Made by a program: the position numbers and the translations under genes. From Myxococcota bacterium (GTDB lineage: Bacteria > Myxococcota > XYA12-FULL-58-9 > JALHOP01): a stretch of DNA of 64,000 nucleotides. Below the pieces are notes generated by a model. That model was not told the DNA's origin. It saw nothing but the letters and a program-made list of their open reading frames with translations, and ran no database searches. This document shows, piece by piece, positions 60,089 through 64,000 of the stretch (the stretch's first letter is position 1; every line of letters starts with the position of its first letter). The stretch spans positions 1-64,000 of the forward strand of contig JBGGMJ010000022.1 in NCBI GenBank assembly GCA_041288095.1, read 5' to 3'.

Positions 60089-61249
60089 ATGAGTGAGATT
60101 CAAAGCCAGCCCCAGGCCCCGAAGCCGAAGAAGTCCGTCGCCTTGTCCGGTGTCGTCGCCGGTAACACCGCGCTCTGCACGGTAGGCCGCAGCGGTAACG
60201 ATCTGCACTATCGCGGCTACGACATCCTCGACGTCGCCGACCGCTGCCAGTTCGAAGAGGTCGCCTACTTGCTGGTGCACGGCAAGCTGCCGACCAACGC
60301 GGAGCTCACCGGCTACAAGGCGAAGCTCAAGGCACTGCGCGGCATTCCCGCACAGGTGAAGGCCGCGCTCGAGTCCCTGCCGGCGTCGAGCCATCCCATG
60401 GACGTCATGCGCACCGGGGTCTCCGCGCTTGGCTGCTCGCTTCCCGAAAAAGACGACCACAACCACGCGGGTGCCCGCGACATCGCCGACCGCTTGATGG
60501 CGTCGCTCGGCTCGATGCTCCTCTATTGGTACCACTGGGCTTTCAACGGCCGGCGCATCGAGGTCGAGACCGACGATGATTCCATCGGTGGACACTTCCT
60601 GCACCTGTTGCACGGCACCGCCCCCAAGAAGTCGTGGGTCGACGCCATGCACGTGTCGCTCGTCCTCTATGCCGAGCACGAGTTCAACGCGTCGACCTTC
60701 GCGTCACGCGTCATTGCGGGCACCGGCTCCGACATCTACTCGTGCATCACCGGCGGCATCGGTGCCTTGCGCGGGCCGAAGCACGGCGGCGCCAACGAAG
60801 TCGCCTTCGACATCCAGAAGCGTTACGAGACTCCCGACGAGGCCGAGAAGGACATCGTCGAGCGCGTCGCCCGCAAAGAGGTCGTCATCGGCTTTGGTCA
60901 CCCCGTCTACACGGTCAGCGACCCGCGTAACAAAGTGATCAAGGAAGTCGCCCGCCGCCTCTCGAAAGAGGCAGGCAGCACGAAGATGTTCGACATCGCC
61001 GAGCGCCTCGAGGCAGTGATGTGGCGCGAGAAGAAGATGTTCCCGAACCTCGATTGGTTCAGCGCCGTCAGCTACCACGTCATGGGCGTACCAACGACGT
61101 TCTTCACGCCGCTGTTCGTCATCTCGCGCACGAGTGGCTGGAGCGCGCACGTCATCGAGCAACGCATCGACGGGAAGATCATCAGGCCGACAGCGAACTA
61201 CACGGGGCCGGAAGATCGGAAATACGTGCCAATCGAGCAGAGGCAGTAG
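60089..61249 (+). CDS. prpC: 2-methylcitrate synthase
   Basis: KKSVALSG...[35 protein letters not shown] and FPNLDW motifs; GAGGAG RBS. Confidence 0.93.
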   Translation: MSEIQSQPQAPKPKKSVALSGVVAGNTALCTVGRSGNDLHYRGYDILDVADRCQFEEVAYLLVHGKLPTNAELTGYKAKLKALRGIPAQVKAALESLPASSHPMDVMRTGVSALGCSLPEKDDHNHAGARDIADRLMASLGSMLLYWYHWAFNGRRIEVETDDDSIGGHFLHLLHGTAPKKSWVDAMHVSLVLYAEHEFNASTFASRVIAGTGSDIYSCITGGIGALRGPKHGGANEVAFDIQKRYETPDEAEKDIVERVARKEVVIGFGHPVYTVSDPRNKVIKEVARRLSKEAGSTKMFDIAERLEAVMWREKKMFPNLDWFSAVSYHVMGVPTTFFTPLFVISRTSGWSAHVIEQRIDGKIIRPTANYTGPEDRKYVPIEQRQ

Positions 61250-61258
61250 CGCTTTTTG

Positions 61259-61293
61259 CCGATTGCCGATCTCCGAGCGGCCATCACCGATCA
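61259..61293 (+). repeat. Five tandem degenerate heptamers between convergent genes
   Basis: ccgattg ccgatct ccgagcg gccatca ccgatca. Confidence 0.6.
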
Positions 61294-62559
61294 GCTCTTC
61301 GGATCGAGGATCCGCCCCACGAACAGCGCCTCGCCGTTCCTGGTGTCGCGGATCACCACCATGAACGGGTGATCGGCGCGGAACTTCACCGGCTCGTCGG
61401 TCGGCCGGGCGGCTCCAGCCTCCATCATGACCGCTGTAGCGGCCGCCGCTTCGGTGCCTTTCTCGTCGACCGCGACGAAGGCCTGGTGCATGACCTTCGA
61501 GATGAAGAGCTCGTGGGTGCCGTCCATGCCCGAGAAGTCCGCGTCCGGGTATTTGAAGGCCCGCTTCATGCCCATGGCCTCGAGCACCTTCGCGAGCTCG
61601 AGTGACACCTTGGTCTTGAACGAGGGCATGGCGACATCGACGCGCCGGTGCTCGAGCCTCGCGAGCCAACCGTCGAAAGCCCCCGCGGCGAAGCGCTTCT
61701 CGACCTCGGCAAGCCCATCGCGCGCCGTGGGCAAGACGATGTCCATGGCGAGGGCGCCCTCACCATAGGGCATTTCGAGCATCAAGCCGTTGTCGATGCG
61801 GGCGACGCGAAAGCGGTCGAGCTGGTGCATCATCGGGACCTGCTTCGATCCGTCGGGAGCATGGAAAGCCTCCGGTCTCGTGGCCTGCGTTTCGAATTGC
61901 TTCGACCACTGGCCCTTGAAGTACACGGCGTTGGTGATCACGAGCTTGGTATCGGCGGGAATGGTGCCCGCGGGGATGAGCTCTTCGATCTTCTTCTCCG
62001 TCTGGTCACTCACCCACTTGTTGATGGCGACGCGGCTCGGCTCGACGGCACTCTTGAAATCGAGGGTCTCGAGCGGTGCGCCGTAGCGGTCCGTCAAGTT
62101 CGTCAAGAACGCCTCGTTGAAGGTGCGTCCCTTCTGACCCCAGAGGCGGTTCACCACTCGCAAGACGATGCGGCGTCGCTCGAGCTCCGCTTCGGCGTAC
62201 TTTTGCGTCTGCGGATCGTTCGACTGTGTCGCCCAGCTCGGCATTTGCGGGTCGGCGAGGGCCTTCCAGTCGGCGCGGAGCTTGGCGATGCCCGCCGCGG
62301 GATCGTCGCCCAAGCCGAGCACCTTCTTCATCTCGTCGGCGGTCTCGCCCACGGCACCGGCCTGCGCCATGGCCATCGCCATGCGGATGCTGGTCGGCGA
62401 GTAGAAGAGGTTACCCTTCTTGGTCATGAGCTCGCCGTGCAGGCGCGCGGTGAAATCGACTTTGTCGGGTGCCGAAGGCAACGCTGCTTTCTCGCGGGGT
62501 GCCGCCGAGGCGGTCGAATGGCCGAGCAGCAGCAAGATCGCCGAAAGCAGTCGTCGCAT
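61291..62559 (-). CDS. Secreted serpin (serine protease inhibitor)
   Basis: Signal peptide; NLFYSP, NAVYFKGQW, hinge DEKGTEAAAAT and FRADHPF motifs. Confidence 0.93.
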   Translation of the reverse strand: MRRLLSAILLLLGHSTASAAPREKAALPSAPDKVDFTARLHGELMTKKGNLFYSPTSIRMAMAMAQAGAVGETADEMKKVLGLGDDPAAGIAKLRADWKALADPQMPSWATQSNDPQTQKYAEAELERRRIVLRVVNRLWGQKGRTFNEAFLTNLTDRYGAPLETLDFKSAVEPSRVAINKWVSDQTEKKIEELIPAGTIPADTKLVITNAVYFKGQWSKQFETQATRPEAFHAPDGSKQVPMMHQLDRFRVARIDNGLMLEMPYGEGALAMDIVLPTARDGLAEVEKRFAAGAFDGWLARLEHRRVDVAMPSFKTKVSLELAKVLEAMGMKRAFKYPDADFSGMDGTHELFISKVMHQAFVAVDEKGTEAAAATAVMMEAGAARPTDEPVKFRADHPFMVVIRDTRNGEALFVGRILDPKS

Positions 62560-62648
62560 GCCGCGACGCTACCTCAAGGCATCGGGCCGTTACAGCGTGG
62601 CCCGCGTCGCCAGGTGGCACTCTCCGTATGATCGGCTAAAGAGGAGCC

Positions 62649-63308
62649 TTGGCCAGCGAGTTCCTCACGCGTGACGACGCTTTGCCGCCCGAGACGCTCG
62701 TGGCGATGCGAGCCTGGCTGGCCGGGAGCGATCTGGTGGGCGCGAGCCCCTTGAAGGGCACCTTCCGAGCGAGCCGCGGCTTTGCCATCACCTTTACGCG
62801 TGCGGGTATCGGCGAGCTCGAAAGGCGGTTCCCCGCGCTTCGACCTTTCGTCGACACCGGCGTGCTGGCGCGCCCATGGCGAGCGCTCCATGGCCCCCTC
62901 GGCTGGTTGCGCGAGACCCGCGCCTTCTACCTCAATGTCTTGGTCGTGCCCGCTGGAGCGAACGTCGCGCGCCATGTCGATGCCACCCTCGGCCCGCGGC
63001 TCGGCGCCGCCACCCTGACGCCGCTCGCGGTCAGCGTCCTCTACCTCGACACGCCGCCGGGTGGCTTCCTGCGCTTGTGGCGGGGCAAGGACCAGGTCGC
63101 CGAGCTCGTTCCCAAGCCTGGACGTTTCGTCTGCTTTCGCGGAGACCTCGCGCACGAGGTCGCGGTCGTCGAAGGCGAAGGTGAGCGCCTGAGCATCGTC
63201 TGCGAACAGTACGGCTGCTCGCGCCGCGAGGCCGCGCGCGTCCCACCCTTCGAGGTGAATTCGCACGGCCGCTTCGGACGCGTGCTCGAGCGCATCGCCG
63301 CCAAGTAG
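62649..63308 (+). CDS. 2OG-Fe(II) oxygenase family protein
   Basis: HVD...SVLYL...GG.L...GDLAHEV...RLS pattern; GAGGAG RBS before TTG. Confidence 0.75.
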   Translation: MASEFLTRDDALPPETLVAMRAWLAGSDLVGASPLKGTFRASRGFAITFTRAGIGELERRFPALRPFVDTGVLARPWRALHGPLGWLRETRAFYLNVLVVPAGANVARHVDATLGPRLGAATLTPLAVSVLYLDTPPGGFLRLWRGKDQVAELVPKPGRFVCFRGDLAHEVAVVEGEGERLSIVCEQYGCSRREAARVPPFEVNSHGRFGRVLERIAAK

Positions 63309-63313
63309 CCGAG

Positions 63314-63559
63314 CTATTTCTGGTACTTCGATTTCCACTCGGCGTACGGCATGCCGTAGATGGTGGCGCGTGCTTCTTCGTCGGGCATGGCGATGCCCTG
63401 CGCCTCCGCGGCCTCGCGATACCAGCGTGACAAGCAGTTGCGGCAGAAGCCGGCGAGATCCATGAGCGCGAGGTTCTGTACGTCGGTGCGCTCGCGCAGG
63501 TGCTCGACCAGTCGGCGGAAGGCGGCGGCTTCGAGCTCGGTGCGGGTACGGTCATCCAT
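63314..63559 (-). CDS. DUF1244 family protein
   Basis: ELEAAAFRRLVEHL...DVQN..LM.LAGFCRNCLS.WY...IYGMPY.EWK. Confidence 0.85.
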   Translation of the reverse strand: MDDRTRTELEAAAFRRLVEHLRERTDVQNLALMDLAGFCRNCLSRWYREAAEAQGIAMPDEEARATIYGMPYAEWKSKYQK

Positions 63560-63577
63560 GGTGGGAGTCCTCGCGGG

Positions 63578-64000
63578 TCAAGCGGAGCCCGTCAAGCCCG
63601 CGGCCATCGAAACGCGGCGTGTCGCAACACCCGCGAAGGCGCCACCCACGAGGCGCTCGTCGTGCGTCACGTGAATCAAGGTGAAGCGTCGCGCGTGGTA
63701 CTGCGCTTCGAGCAAAGTCAGGGCGGCGGCGCGGCTCGCGTCGTCGAGCGAGGCGAAGGGCTCGTCGAGCAACAAGATGTCGGGCTCGGTGGCCAGGGCA
63801 CGCGCCAGCGCGACGCGGCTCTGCTCACCGCGCGACAGGGTCGGAGTCCGACGCCCGAGCAGATGCTCGATGCCGCAGGCGGCCGCTATCGCTGTCGGGT
63901 CGAAGGTCTTTTCACGCGCGTATGTGACGTTATCGCGGACGCCCAGGTGCCCGAAAAGGCCGAGTGATTGAGGCACCCAGGCGCAGCGCCGCTCGTGCGT
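63578..64000 (-). CDS. ABC transporter ATP-binding protein, C-terminal part (ModC/CysA-like; truncated by the window)
   Basis: Frame open to base 64000; Q-loop VPQ, LSRGE, LLLDEPF and VTHD motifs. Confidence 0.85.
   Translation of the reverse strand, partial: THERRCAWVPQSLGLFGHLGVRDNVTYAREKTFDPTAIAAACGIEHLLGRRTPTLSRGEQSRVALARALATEPDILLLDEPFASLDDASRAAALTLLEAQYHARRFTLIHVTHDERLVGGAFAGVATRRVSMAAGLTGSA

Overview
A gene-dense, high-GC window that looks like a Myxococcota chromosome. That placement is an inference from three Hanks-type Ser/Thr kinases, an FHA-TM-TPR protein, a myxobacterial-style PilZ protein, a MXAN_5187-type C-terminal domain and a mevalonate pathway. I count about 51 credible CDS and see no rRNA, tRNA, CRISPR array, integrase or transposase. 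Recognisable content: partial mutY, nadA, a kinase/FHA/ECF-sigma/anti-sigma/GT2 cluster, a mevalonate operon (mvaD, phosphomevalonate kinase, HMG-CoA reductase-mevalonate kinase fusion, type 1 idi), HU, moeA, def, dipeptide epimerase, amidase, a PAS hybrid kinase, a MutH-like endonuclease, an M1 aminopeptidase, a heterodimeric ABC exporter, a MoaD-MoaE fusion, a transglutaminase lipoprotein, hemW, two amino-acid transporters, a secreted GH13, prpC and a serpin. The least explained signals are: (1) two adjacent orphan genes carrying three copies of an unrecognised hydrophobic-hairpin domain; (2) a shared sigma28-like motif upstream of four orphan genes that lack signal peptides; (3) a lipoprotein with five exact C-x34-C repeats; (4) a structured 600-bp leader ahead of the mevalonate operon; (5) a MutH with intact GATC-recognition motifs outside Gammaproteobacteria. 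All family calls come from motif recognition by eye; no searches were run.
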